A DNA stretch of 64,000 nt, taken from positions 17,856,001 to 17,920,000 of the forward strand of contig NC_043020.1 in NCBI RefSeq assembly GCF_006345805.1. The letters run 5' to 3'. The translations under genes were made by a program, and so were the position numbers. The notes below the pieces were generated by a model, which was not told where the DNA came from, ran no database searches, and saw only the letters and a program-made list of their open reading frames with translations. Source of the stretch: Octopus sinensis (lineage: Eukaryota). This document shows, in pieces, positions 13,480 to 25,790 of this stretch (position 1 is the stretch's first letter; each line of letters starts with the position of its first letter).

Positions 13480-14148
13480 AGCTAGGAAAACCGTTTACTG
13501 ACGGCAACTTCATCAAAGAGTGTATGATGGAAGCTGCAAATGATTTGTGTCTTGAGAAAGCCATGTTTGGAAGTATCAGCTTTTCAGAAAGTTCAGTTTT
13601 GTGAAGAAGAGAACTTAGAGAGAACATAGTGCTACATATGCATGAGAAAGCTAGGAACTTCTTGTGGTAGTCTCTGGCAGAGTACATCACAACTTCTCGT
13701 ATTCATTTGTGGTGTTAATTTGGACTTTCAAATCACAGAAGAATCGACATCCATTTGCAGAATACACAGAACAACAACTGAAGAACGCATTTTTATGTGA
13801 GTGTAGAAAACTTTGCAAGAGTTTCGTGCTGGAATCGTAGATGTCAACCTCCAGTTCCCAAAGAAGGTTATTCTTGACTTAAATAAGCATTCTTAAGAGA
13901 TTTTCAGATCATGACAGAATTGAAAGTGAAATTCTTCTGTTCCGGAATCTGTTTGATTGTAACCTTGATGACTATAGTTGTGCTCATTGATTTGAAAGCA
14001 AATGACTTGTTGAAAAAGAAGCACAGAGAAAGAAAACTTGTAGAATTTTATTGCTGCTTACCTGATGATAAATTTTCAAATTTGAAGAAATTTGCCTCTG
14101 GTATGGCATTAGTGTTTGGAACAACTGTGAGCAAAGATTTTCAAAAAT
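13480..14148 (+). mobile_element. hAT transposase relics (Charlie/SPIN, GTF2IRD2-like)
   Basis: + strand reads GKPFTDGNFIKECMMEAANDLC and later IDLKANDLLKKKHRERKLVEFYCCLPDDKFSNLKKFASGMALVFGTT. Cut at 14148 by an LTR element. Confidence 0.8.
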
Positions 14149-16145
14149 TGTTGTAGTGAAAATGGTACATCCTTTCCCACATGACAAAATCAGACAGTCA
14201 GTCGTTGCAGGCGGTTTGGAGTAGTAGAGTCGTTGTATGAATTCTCAGTTGGAGTGAGTGTCAGTTATGTGATATATACGAGTTCGAGTTACCGTCAAGG
14301 TAGACGTTACAAAGTCGTGTCTTGCGGAGCTATCACCAATAGCACGATAGATGCGTCAAAGAAAATAAGACGCGGAATACCGCCACAATATAATAGTAGC
14401 GACGGCACATGCATGTGGACGAGGATCCACATTATAACAGTGGCAATGAGGATATAAACAGTTCATGTGGACGACGTCGAAAAATGTTTCACGTGGAGAA
14501 ATTAAAAACTCAACAGAGGAGTAAAAGACATTTTTGTTGTGAATATTTTACAAAAAATCCGTAAAATGGAAACTTGTTAGAGGGTTTATAGTTGAGCTGC
14601 AAAAACAGCAACAACAACAAATGTTTCAGCAACAAATGAAGTTGGTAACAAAACCTAAAAATACGTTTTCGCCAGACCATGTAGCGAATTCAATAAGTGA
14701 ATTTAAATATGATCCAGAAGAAGGAATCACTTTCGAGGCATATTACCGAAGATTTGAACAAATTTTTGAAAAAGAATGCCAAGACTGGATGGAGAAAATG
14801 AAAATGGGTTTGATTCAGAGGAAACTGGCGACAACAGTGCATGAGAAATACTGTAACTTTGTATTGCCTAAAAAATTTTCTGACATAAATTTCAGGGACA
14901 CAATTGGCGTTTTATGTAGGATATTTCGTGAGAAAACATCGTTGTTCAACACGTTGGAACTGTTTGAACACTGGAAAAAGCGATGATGAAGACTTTACTA
15001 CATATGCGGGTAGAGTGAACAGAGAGTGCGAGAGATTTAAGCTGGATATACTAACTCCAGACTCATTCAAGTGCCTGAATGTTTAGGGACTTACTGCTAA
15101 AAAGGACGCAGAAGTCAGAATGAAAATTCTCGCAAAGCTGTAAATGAACCAGGATATAACTCTCCAGAAACTATCAGCAAAGTGCGATATGATATTAAAA
15201 GTAAGGCACGACACAGAAATTCATTGCAGAAATTGTTTACAGATAAAACTATTGTGGAAGAGTTGGAAGATGGATAAGGTGTTTCACAAAAAGCACAATA
15301 TACACCAGGAGATAAACCCAGGTATGGCATGTGGTGGTAGTTACCTGAGAAAAGAGTGTCTGTTCAAAAAAGCGAAGTGTTTACATTGTGGAAACACAAG
15401 ACATATTAAATCACATTGCAGAACAAAATTGGACCAAACGAGAAAAAATAAATAGCCTGTCATCAGAGAAAAAAGTTTGCACAACAAATAGAAAATCCAT
15501 CAAGATGAGAATCAAAACCGCTAGTGTCAAAATGCAATTAGACATGGATAGCAACATCACTATCATATGAAGAAACGTAGCCACAAATCGGTAAGTTGAA
15601 ATTATTTAAATCAAATAAAGTAGCACATGGTGTTACAGGAAAGAAATAATATTTCATCGGCGAATGTATTTGCAACGTAACTTTTCGAGGTGAAATGAAA
15701 AGGACAACCATTTAAGTATTGAAAAAAATCACTGTGCGAGACAGTAGAGCAATACTTCGAACATATTAAAAAGTATTCCAAGAAAAACAAATGAATACGG
15801 GTTTAGACTAATAAAGGAAAAGTGTGAATTTTTGATGAAAAAATCAAATATTTTGGTCAAGTAACTGACAAAAGGGGACGAAGGCCAGACATATCAAGGG
15901 CAATGACAATACGCAATATGCCTCCCCCAACGAACGTCAAATTATTACAAGCATTTTTTAGGCTTGGTAAACTACTATCGAGTATATATCCCGAACATAC
16001 ACAAGGGCCCCACTAAACAAGCTGTTAAAAAAGGATGCCAAATGGTTTTGGTCTGAAAAATGTCTGAAGACGTTTGAAGAACTGGAAAGCATGTTAATTT
16101 CAGATTTGTCACTTACACACTTCGATCCGAAGTTGGAAACGATAC
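14149..16145 (+). mobile_element. Decayed Gypsy/Metaviridae LTR retrotransposon (Mag/K02A2.6-like), internally deleted, 3' truncated
   Basis: 5' LTR TGTTGTAG...TTATAACA (14149-14439) and PBS-like TGGCAATGAGGAT (14441; decayed complement of the tRNA-Ser(GCU) 3' end TGGCGACGAGGAT). Gag-like NSISEFKYDPEEGITFEAYYRRFE, twin zinc knuckles (CGGSYLRKEC..CLHCGNTRHIKSHC), protease-like VKMQLDMDS, and RT thumb KCEFLMKKIKYFG...LQAFLGLVNYY...LTHFDP. Confidence 0.88.
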
Positions 16146-16746
16146 TGCCTTCATTTTTTACTTTTTTCAGAATTTTTTTCAAAAATATGCAGAAAAATAC
16201 GGCGATTATGATTCTGAAAAAAATTTCCTAAAATTTTTGTAATTTTCCTTTTATTTTTTCTCTTTCTAAATATGCAGAAAAATACGGACATTAAGATTCG
16301 GACAAAAATTTCAAAACATTTCTGTAGTTATGGTTAGGGTTAGGGTTACTGTTGGGGAAAAAGTCAAAATTGAAGAATTGGGGATGAGGAAAGACGGAAA
16401 ATTTCACAATACCGATTTTTGGCAATTTTCCGGAAACTCCGTATCCGAAAACGGGTGTTTTGGAAAAAAAAAAAAAAATTTGGGAGAAAATGGGTTGGGG
16501 GGACGGGCGGAAGTCTTTCCGCTATTAGTCCACAGTTTAGAGCGCGCAATATTTGCGTTGCTCATGACGCTGGCAACTCAGGTCACGTTACTGAGTCGGA
16601 TGATTATTCAACACGTCTGCTTGTTTGTATTCATTGATGAAAGCATATAAAATACGGAAGTATTAAATAATGAAACCATTGACAACCCGATTATGTCTTC
16701 TTGTATTCTTCCATAGTTAAAATATTGGCAAACTCAGTTATACTTC

Positions 16747-17181
16747 TGTAGGAAATGAATTGGCACTGGAGGGTGTCTTCACAATTCCATACATAGTTCA
16801 TGGAAGGAAAAGGCGACGACAAGATCTCTCCGAACAAATAACAATAATAATTCATTTCGCCTGAATAAACATTTCATCTCTGGACATCGGTAACCTGGAC
16901 GCCTTGGTGTGGAAGCAGCAGGGTTGGTAGTTAGACACAAAAATACGAAGGCATTTTCACAGACTCGCAACGTCACTCACTGTCAGAATTCCAGCTCCAC
17001 GGAGCTGGTCTAAGTTGCATCCTGCCTGGTCAGATGCCGGGGCCGAAGAGATGAAATGTTTATTCAGGCGAAATAAATTATTATTGTTATTTGTTCGGAG
17101 AGATCTTGTCCTCGCCTTTTCCTTCCATGAACTATGTATGGAATTGTGAAGTACCCCTCCAGAGCCAACTCATTTCCTACA
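16747..17181 (+). mobile_element. LTR-like unit (TGTAGG...CCTACA) with 135-bp terminal inverted repeats, followed by tRNA-Trp PBS
   Basis: Arms 16747-16881 and 17047-17181 have about 7 mismatches. PBS TGGTGACCCCGACGTGAT starts at 17184. Confidence 0.7.
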
Positions 17182-17345
17182 ATTGGTGACCCCGACGTGA
17201 TTCGCACACGCAGCCCTACGTTCACACGGAAGTCTACAAATCGGTGACACAGTGCCAGCTTAATGACCAACCGCTCTTTCTAATTTCACCTCTTCGCTAC
17301 AGATGTCTACTTTTTATCGTCTCTTTTGTCTTCCACAAAATGACT

Positions 17346-18250
17346 GGGAGGGGAGGCTATCTGTAGCGGACTCTCTATATATACATGAGTACGGACGTAG
17401 TAGATAACAGCTAGCCTTCGGCCCTGTTGTATCCACTACTCTGATTGGTTGGTATTGGCGCAATTTGTCTCTTTCTCTATTACGCACCAATGTGCAACCC
17501 AACCAATTGCAGCCTTCTGATAAGGTCACATGAGACAGTCTCTTCTAAACCTCAGTTTGCGCCGACTGTTCACTATAAAACTTCAGCGATTCATCGAGTC
17601 GAAGTCTTTCGGCTCTAGACCTTTTTAGGTCTAGCCACTGACCACACAGAGCACACAGCCAATTCCAGTGTCAGCACCAGCAGTCACATGGAGACGCATC
17701 AGCTTTCCGGACCTCCATCTCTGTCGCCTTTATCTTAACGTCATCTACAACATCTCTCTACGTACACAGCAACCCTCGCACAGGTTCTATCTCCTCACTG
17801 TTTGTGAATTACTTCACCATGGTTAACAGAAAGTACAACCTGCGAGAACTCCTGTAACAACTCAACCGGCTCTGCATAGTAGCCACAGCTTCCCGCATGA
17901 CATGTGTCTCAATCGGTTCTGCATTGCAGCCACTACTTCTTGTTACAGCACTTCAACTACCGTGTACCTTGACTACGAACTGGTATTTATTATCATTGTG
18001 TCTGAACATTCTTCTAACGTCCTGTTTTAGACTCTTTCAATGCTCTGTTCTTATCTCACACGCATACATCCATGTTTGTACACTTACACCGTATACATGA
18101 CGGCCTGTTTATTATTATGCATATATGACGCACACACAGACACACATATTAACCTATCAATAAAATCTTTCTCTTTACATTCTACCGGTTGTGTCTCTCT
18201 TTTCCTTCTGGCACTTGTACTCATTTATTCCTTCTCGTATTTATTGTAAT
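17346..18250 (+). mobile_element. Polypurine tract plus putative 3' LTR of a Gypsy-type element
   Basis: GGGAGGGGAGG (17346-17356) just before TGTAGCGG (17362), with AATAAA near 18159. The 3' boundary is uncertain and it does not match the 16747 LTR. Confidence 0.5.
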
Positions 18251-18271
18251 CGACCGTGCGATGTATTAAAG

Positions 18272-18414
18272 AAGCCATTCATCGTCACCACTCCTTCGCA
18301 CGGTCGTTCTACACTTCTATATCTTTCCATATTTAAATGTTGAAAGCCATTCATCGTCACCACTCCTTCGCACGGTCGTTCTACACTTCTATATCTTTCC
18401 ATATTTAAATGTTG
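18272..18414. repeat. 72-bp perfect tandem duplication
   Basis: AAGCCATTCATCGTCACC...TTTAAATGTTG occurs twice with period 72. Confidence 0.9.
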
Positions 18415-21400
18415 ATAACATTTAACGGATGAGACTATGTTTGCTCCTAATATGAAACAAAATTTCCTAGACATAACTACAGATTGAGGGTTCCCCCATC
18501 AAATTTGTTTCCTTTCTGGAAATGCAAACTTTTTAGCGAAATTTTGCAGAAAAACATTTTTGTGGGTGTAGGTTACTATTATGTTGATAACATTGAAAAA
18601 GTAATTTTTTTAGAAAAGGAGTTTCAGATCATTTTCACATCTTGAATTGTTTCACCGTAACTATCTTTAAAAATACGGATTTCAAAATGGTATTTTGTCT
18701 GACTATGTTTTCGAGAGTGTAGATTTACTTAATGTTGATGTTTCATACATCTAAATCTGGCGGGGGGTAAAAAAAAAAGAGAAACATGAAAAATGCTTAG
18801 GTTTCGGAAATTAGTAGTAACAATGCTTGGAAGGGCGGAGAAGAACGATCTGTAACTCCTCAAAAGATTTAAAAAATGTTTTATTAACACCATTGTAACT
18901 AATGCTTGAAAATATATATCTGCAAAGTTTTATTTTAAAAGTATGTATTTTTTTAGAAAGCAATGAGGACACAATTTCGACAGGGTGCAGCCTGTAATCA
19001 TACCATTATATATGTCATTAAATGAAATGTTAATATACAATTTTATTCTCGTCGTGATTCTTCCATAATATAAATTTATACAAAAGAAAGACAAAGAAAA
19101 GGAAAAGGGGGAGGGGAGGAAAAAAAGCACCAATGCAGCACCAAATGCTTTAATTGGTCGCATACCACAATGTTAAACGGAACCTTCTGAAGAAAGCCAG
19201 CACGGCAGAATTTGAACTGAGAACGTAATGTCGGAAGAAATGTCGCTAGGCATTAGTCCCATCTGTTAACGATTCTGCCAACTCGCCGCTTTGTGCAGGC
19301 CTACGATAAAGCTTCACTGGGTATTAGAATGATCTTGAGATTACGTTTACTTTGCAACTACGTCTTGCGAATCTAACCCTTCTGCGTTGCACCTTCGCCA
19401 ATTGTCTTTTACCATAATAATTGGGGCGGCCAAAGGTACGTGACTGAAATTTTGTAGACAGACTTTTTTGTATGAAAGTCTATCAGAAGAATCGTCCGTG
19501 TTCTATGGTGGTAGATTTAGTCCCTCGCCCGGCCAACGGCTACCTTTAACAAAGTTCAATCTGTTCTAAGTATTGAGCCAAGTCTCTCGCCTGAGGATAA
19601 CTTCTTCCAACATTCTCAGAAACCCCAAAAAGGGTCATCCTGACCTTAAGCTATTAAAAAAATGTACAATTCAAGTGTCTAAGGAATCGTTTCATATTTT
19701 ATACTGTAGAAAGGCGACGAGCTGGCAGATTCGTTACCGCGTCGAACAAAATGCTTACCGGCGTTTCTTCCGTCTTTACGTTCTCATGTCGACCTTGCTG
19801 TTTTCATTCTTGCGGATGTGATCGACTGTCCCTCTCTCTCAAAATTTCAGGCCTTGTGCCTATAATAGAAAGAATATTTTCTACGCCAGGCTCTCTAACT
19901 TGTTTATTTTAAATGGCGGTGGCGATTGACAAAGTGGCGAAGAAATATGGAAATTGACACACCAGATTTTCGCCAGAAATTGGAGTTTTAATTTCTTTTT
20001 TTACCTTCACATGTGTATTGTCTCAAATGTTTTTGTTTGCAATGAAACCATTTCACCATTCACACGAAAAATAACTGGCTTTGTACTTCGTCAGAAATAA
20101 AACTCTATTTTTAAACTAAACAACAAGTTTATAATGATTTCCACATGGTCAAAGAAATTGAGAGACACGTTAGCCTTTACCATCCAGTTCTCGTCTGTTG
20201 TGTGTTTGCAGGTCCGCGCAGAGGTAGAGACCAGGTGGGTCTACGATTTTTAGGGAACCTTCTCTCGTCAGTTAGAACAAAAAAAAAAAAAGGACTTACC
20301 GTTTATATATGTGTGTGTATGAATTGTTCTAGTTCTTTATTCTGTTCTGATGTAAGTGCAGTATAAACATACATGCATACGCATGCACACGCGCATATTC
20401 ATATATAACCCATACATAAATCGTGTGTATTTACCACTGATTAATGAAGTATTTGAGTTAAAATGGTGGGTGGGACTGCATTTCGCATACGGCCTTGATT
20501 TTCTATCAGTTGAAACGTTGCTTCTGTTCATATTAGTTTCAAATTTTGGCACGAGGTCAGCAAATTCAGGGAAAGGGAGTAAGTCGGTTACATAGATCAC
20601 AATGTTCGACTAGTACATTTTTTTATCGACTTCGGAAGGATGAAAGTCAAAGTCGACCTCGGCGGAATTTGAACTGAAAACGTAAAGACAGAAGAAATGT
20701 CACTAAGCATTTTGTCCGACGCGGTAACGATTCTTATTTATTTATTGCCTACAAGGGGCTAAACATAAAGGCGACAAACAAGGACAAAGGGATTAAATCG
20801 GTTACATCGACACCAGTGCGTAACTGGTACTTATTTAATCGACCCCGAAAGGATGAAAGGCAAAGTCGACCTCGGCGGAATTTGAACTCAGAACGTAACG
20901 GCAGACGAAATACTCCTAAGCATTTCGCCCGGCGCGCTAACGATTCTGCCACCTTGCCGCCTTTCTACCGTAAAAATATGAAACGATTCCTAAGACACTT
21001 GGATCGTACCTTTTTTTAAAATTTTTTTTTTTTTAGAAAATAGCTTAAGGTCAGCACGACTCTTTTTTGTCCGGTGTGCTAACGATTCTGTCAGCTCGCC
21101 GCCTTCCTTTGTGGATATATTACTTGCAATTTTGTTCTGGAACAATTATATTTTGAAATCACGTACTGTGTAAAATATCCAAGTCGGTCTGTCAAAGATG
21201 AGGGCCATGCCATCTGGTTTCCCTGTAGTACTATTTAATTGATGGATTCATGGAGGATTTCGATGTGTTCAGTTGATAGCGAGGCGTGAAGAACATAACT
21301 TTTTCAGGCCCTTACCCTTCATCTGAAACAAGTATATAAGATGGTGTTATCACTTTGGTTTCTCTGCATCCTTAAAACTCTGAAACTCTTTGGGAGTTCC

Positions 21401-22246
21401 AGGCTTTTGAAGAGTGTGGAACCAATTGTTAGCCACTGTTGTTCCCAGGTCTACTCTGACCCGGAGTAGTAGCACCTGTCAGGGTACCAGCTATGGATTA
21501 ATTAACATTTTAGAGCTTGCCTATCCATGCCTACCTAATCCCTTAGCCACTGTTGTTCCCAGGTTTACTCTGAGCCCGAGTGGTAGCATCTGTCAGGGTT
21601 TTAGCGACTGGTTAATTAATACATTACCTATGTATGCATGAGAAAACTGAATCCAGCGGACTCTGCAGAAGAAACTTCATGGTTTAACCAAATTGAAGGT
21701 GGTTGCAGTAATGCATTGTGGAAATCAGAGAACAAGATGAAGCAAATAAGACATCTTGGTCATTCACTACCTTCGTCTCCCTCCTCAGTCGTCTTGGTCT
21801 GGTCTTGCCAACGGATTGAAGACAGTCACGGATAAGAGAGTGACATTGACAGTGGGCAACTCTTTTTCATTTTAAACAAAGTCATCGCGCAAGTCATTCT
21901 TAAGGATGACTAGATGACCCTCGTCGTTCCGATGACAAGATCTAACTAGGAAAAAAGTAGTATTGTTACTTCGATTATATGCAACTAAAGCGACATCTCT
22001 GTCCTTGTCTGTCTGTCTCTCTCTCTTTCAAATGAAGAGCAAGGACCTGAAAAATTTGATTTTTCTCTTGTCACGCTAACTGATTTCCTCCTCGAACTTT
22101 TCCTAAGGACTAATTGTTACTGACAGCCTTCGAAAGGAATTTTACAAGTGGAACAAGACTTCTTCCCAACGCAGGTTTATTGTAGAGTAAGAATTTCATT
22201 GATGTGAAGATTCCATACCAAGACAAGTTCTTTTTAAAAACAGTAT

Positions 22247-22650
22247 AGGCGCAGGAGTGGCTGTGTGGTAAGTAGCTTGTTTACCAACCACATGGTTCCG
22301 GGTTCAGTCCCACTGCGTGGCACCTTGGGCAAGTGTCTTCTACTATAGCCTCGGGCCGACCAAAGCCTTGTGAGTGGATTTGGTAGACGGAAACTGAAAG
22401 AAGCCCGTCGTATATATATATATATATATATATGCGTGTTTGTGTGTCTGTGTTTGTCCCCCTAGCATTGCTTGACAACCGATGCCGGTGTGCTTATGTC
22501 CCCGTTACTTAGCGGTTCGGCAAAAGAGACCGATAGAATAAGTACTAGGCTTACAAAAGAATAAGTCCCGGGGTCGAGTTGCTCGATTAAAGGCGGTGCT
22601 CCAGCATGGCCGCAGTCAAATGACTGAAACAAGTAAAAGAGTAAGAGAGT
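22247..22650 (+). mobile_element. tRNA-derived SINE family A, full length (other long copies 33417-33835 -, 44436-44827 -, 56338-56742 +; many partial copies)
   Basis: GGCGCAGGAGTGGCTGTGTGG (A-box-like) ... GGGTTCAGTCCC (B-box-like), an internal (TA)n(TG)n tract and an (AAGAGT)n-like tail. More than 10 related copies occur in the window. Confidence 0.9.
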
Positions 22651-22892
22651 AAGGTAAGCTTCGAGGGAATTTGACAGCTGTTTTTTAATAAATCGAGTGA
22701 CCTTGTAGATCAACAGTGATAGGAAACACTTCTAATACCAGGGACAAATTGCAAGTACATAAAACACCCCTGGGACATATTTGCGCAGAGAAAAAAAATC
22801 CATTTTTAATTTTTCAAATTCGTAGTTATGCAACTAACGAATTACAAATTTTGGTCTTTCGGTTTAAACCGTTTTATTTATTTTATTTTTAA

Positions 22893-23194
22893 CTAGCAGT
22901 ATCGCCCGGCGTTGCTCGGGTTTGTAAGGCAAATAACTATATAAGCATGTTTGGAGAGTTACTTCCCTTATATAATATTTAAAAAATGCATTAAAAATAG
23001 GAAAAATGATGGTAAATTTTTTTATAAATCATAGACTCATCGTAGACGCGCGCTAATACCCAGAAGGGCTCGATATGAATCACGACTATAAGATACCCGC
23101 TTTTGGTTACACTGCACCGCAAAATGTGGGAGTAGTTAGGAATCTAAATCATAGGAGACAGACACTCACACAACTTCAGTTTTATATATAAAGA
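22893..23194 (-). mobile_element. Non-autonomous Helitron (302 bp)
   Basis: On the minus strand: A|TC...hairpin CCCGAGCAACGCCGGG...CTAG|T. Canonical TC/CTAG ends, A-T target, no TSD. Confidence 0.9.
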
Positions 23195-24329
23195 TTAATT
23201 TCTTTTTAATTTATGGACGCAGCCGTGACTGTGTAATCGAGACACTTACTTCCCAACCATAGTCTTGAGTTTAGTCTTGGACAAGTTATCTTCAACCGTA
23301 GCCCCGAATTAACCAAAGGCTTGTGAGCGGATTTGGTTGACAAACGGAAAAAGCTCGTTGTATACAGGATGTATGTGTGTGTGTTTGTGTCTTTGGGTTT
23401 GTTTCCTACCACAGCTTGACAAACGGTGTTGGTTTGTTTACGTCCCCGTAACTTAGCGGTTCGATCCCCAAAATAAACGATTGAATAAGTACCGAGTTTT
23501 AAAATAATAGGTATTGGGGTCGATTCGTTCGACTAACATCCTTCAAAGCGGTGCTCCAGCGTGGCCACAGTCCAGTGGCAGTGACTGGAACATGGAAAAG
23601 ATAAAAAAGAAAGATGATTAGGGTTTCGAAATTGAATGTTGGCGAAATTTTAGGGTGAACTCACCGTGCATTGAGATTCCTTTGTTGATTTTAGCGTTTG
23701 CAACCGGCGTACCGTCTCAAATATGACGATATTGCTGTTGGGAGGACTATCAAGCGAATTATATCTAAGAACTGAAGAGAAACTGTGTGTCAAGTGTCTC
23801 TGATACAGATTTTAGCAATGTTGAGAATGTGGAACTTCGAGGGAAAATCACCCACAATTGGTAAGACAGAAGATAAGCTGTAAAAAGTCATGACTTAAGT
23901 TTGGGTGTTAGGGCTAAAAAAACCATTACGCATTCTTATCATTCAGCGAATCTTGAAGTGTGACGTGTGTGCTCACATATTCACCCTCTCTTTTCTCTTG
24001 CTTTCTCTCTAGCTCTCTTTCTCTTACTTTCTACCTCTCTCTTTCTCTGTATGTATCTCCTTCTGTCTTCCACCTCCTCTACCCTTCCCTCTATCTTTTT
24101 CTTTCACTAGCTCAATTGTCGACTCGTTTGTTCGGCAGAGAAGGTGCATGTTTAGGATGTTGGTCTTTTAATCGTAAGATCATTGATTCGATTCCGGAAC
24201 TGGAGTAAGTCACTTTATTCATATATTTATTAGGGCACCAAAATACTCATTGCCCCAGTTCACTTTACCGAAACTGAATATCAGCAGCGGTGGAAGCAAC
24301 TGATGGAGGTTAGTTAACCTTGTTACAAA

Positions 24330-24650
24330 CTCATTTGACACCGCTAGAAAAAAATCCCATTTTCCGTAGTGGTGTCGTATGAAATTGTCACCCATAATTA
24401 TAACCCTAGTATCGATCTATTGCATTTCAATCTGCTTTAGGGTTAGGGGTGGGGGAAGGGTATCGTTTTTTTTCTTCGCAAATGTAAATAAACCCAATCT
24501 GTTTCTTAAACGAGGGACATTTTCATACAGCACGGAATGTTTTCACCCCAAATGGACTCCAGCGATTGGTTAAAATTGCCGAAATGCTTGAAATTAAAGT
24601 GGAAATATGCTACAAACTATAGAATTTTCTCAATAAAGCCAAGAAAAAGC
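24330..24650. mobile_element. Older relative of the 25116-25538 MITE interior, lacking its TIRs
   Basis: About 300 bp similar to 25145-25430, starting with a small hairpin GACACCGCTAGAAAA...TTTTCCGTAGTGGTGTC. Confidence 0.6.
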
Positions 24651-24689
24651 ATCCGGACAGTTACGTGAATCAATGCGGGAGAGAAGAAG

Positions 24690-25790
24690 CATTAGGATGG
24701 CTACCAAGTTCAAAGTGTACCAAGCAGTTGTGCTGCATATTCTGTTATACGTCTGCGAGACTTGAACGATTTATGAACGTCACGCCAAACAGCTAAACCG
24801 CTTCCACATGAACTGCCTGAGAAAGCTGTTTAAAAGCACCTGGCAAGGCAATGTCCCAGGCACCGAGGTTCTCTCCCAAGCTGATCTGCCAAGCATGAAC
24901 ACACTGCTGAGGAGAGCGCAAATCAGGTGGGCAGGCCATTTTGTTCGAATGCCTGGAAGTCACTCCTCCACAAGAGATCATTTTACAGCGAACCGACGGA
25001 AGGCAAGCGCATACAAGGTGGACAGAAAAAGCACGTAAAGGATACACTCAAAGTCTTACTGAAGAGCTTTGAGATCAACCCCGACGCCTAAGAATTACAA
25101 GTGCAAGACTGCCCTGGGATCTTTTCGGTTTGACCGGCAGTTTTTTCTAGCGGTGTCATATGAAATTGTCACCCATAATTATGACCCTAGTATCGATCTA
25201 TTGCATTTCAATCTGTTTTAGGGTTAGGGCTATGGGTGGGGGTGGGGGAAGGGTATCATTTTTTCTTCACAAATGTAAATAAACCCAATCTGTTTCTTAA
25301 ACGAGGGACATATTCATACGGCACAGGTTTTCACCTCAATAGACGTCATTGATTGGTTGAAATTGCAGAAACTGAAGAAAAAAAAAGCAACAAATATCTT
25401 ACAAACAATAGAATTTTCTCAATAAAGCCAAGAGAAAAAGATGTTTTATAAACACATTCTACCAGTATACGAAGTTTAAAAGTGTTTAGTTACGTGGAAA
25501 TTATTTTTAAAAACTGCCGGTCAAACCGAAAAGATCCCTGCCCTGCTTGGCGTAACTGCACTAACAGATGTTCCACCTCCTACAAACAGAGCAAAATTGC
25601 AGGGACACAAAGAAAACACGAACTGCGCAAGTCTAGAGCCAACTCCTTACCTTCAGTCCCAGTACACCATCAATGCCCGACCTGCGGCAGAGCCTTCCGA
25701 GCATGTATCGACCTGATCGGCCACAGCCGGGCACACCATTCCCCGTCTTCAAACAAGGCTGTGTCCTTTGTCGTCGTCGACAACGACAGA
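24690..25790 (+). mobile_element. RTE (BovB-like) LINE 3' end with C2H2 tail, interrupted by a MITE
   Basis: KFKVYQAVVL..LLY.CET, LNRFHMNCLRK, QIRWAGHFVRM, QDCPAWR (split by the MITE), CPTCGRAFRACIDLIGHSRAH. Confidence 0.88.
25116..25538. mobile_element. MITE with perfect 30-bp TIRs (GGGATCTTTTCGG...) and 6-bp TSD
   Basis: TIRs 25116-25145 and 25509-25538 are identical in reverse complement. TGCCCT is duplicated at 25110-25115 and 25539-25544; removing the element restores the RTE codons. Confidence 0.92.

Noticed and set aside
16334-16348. TTAGGG repeats as an interstitial telomere (also in the 25116 MITE)
   Set aside because: Only 2-3 units, embedded in interspersed-repeat-like sequence.
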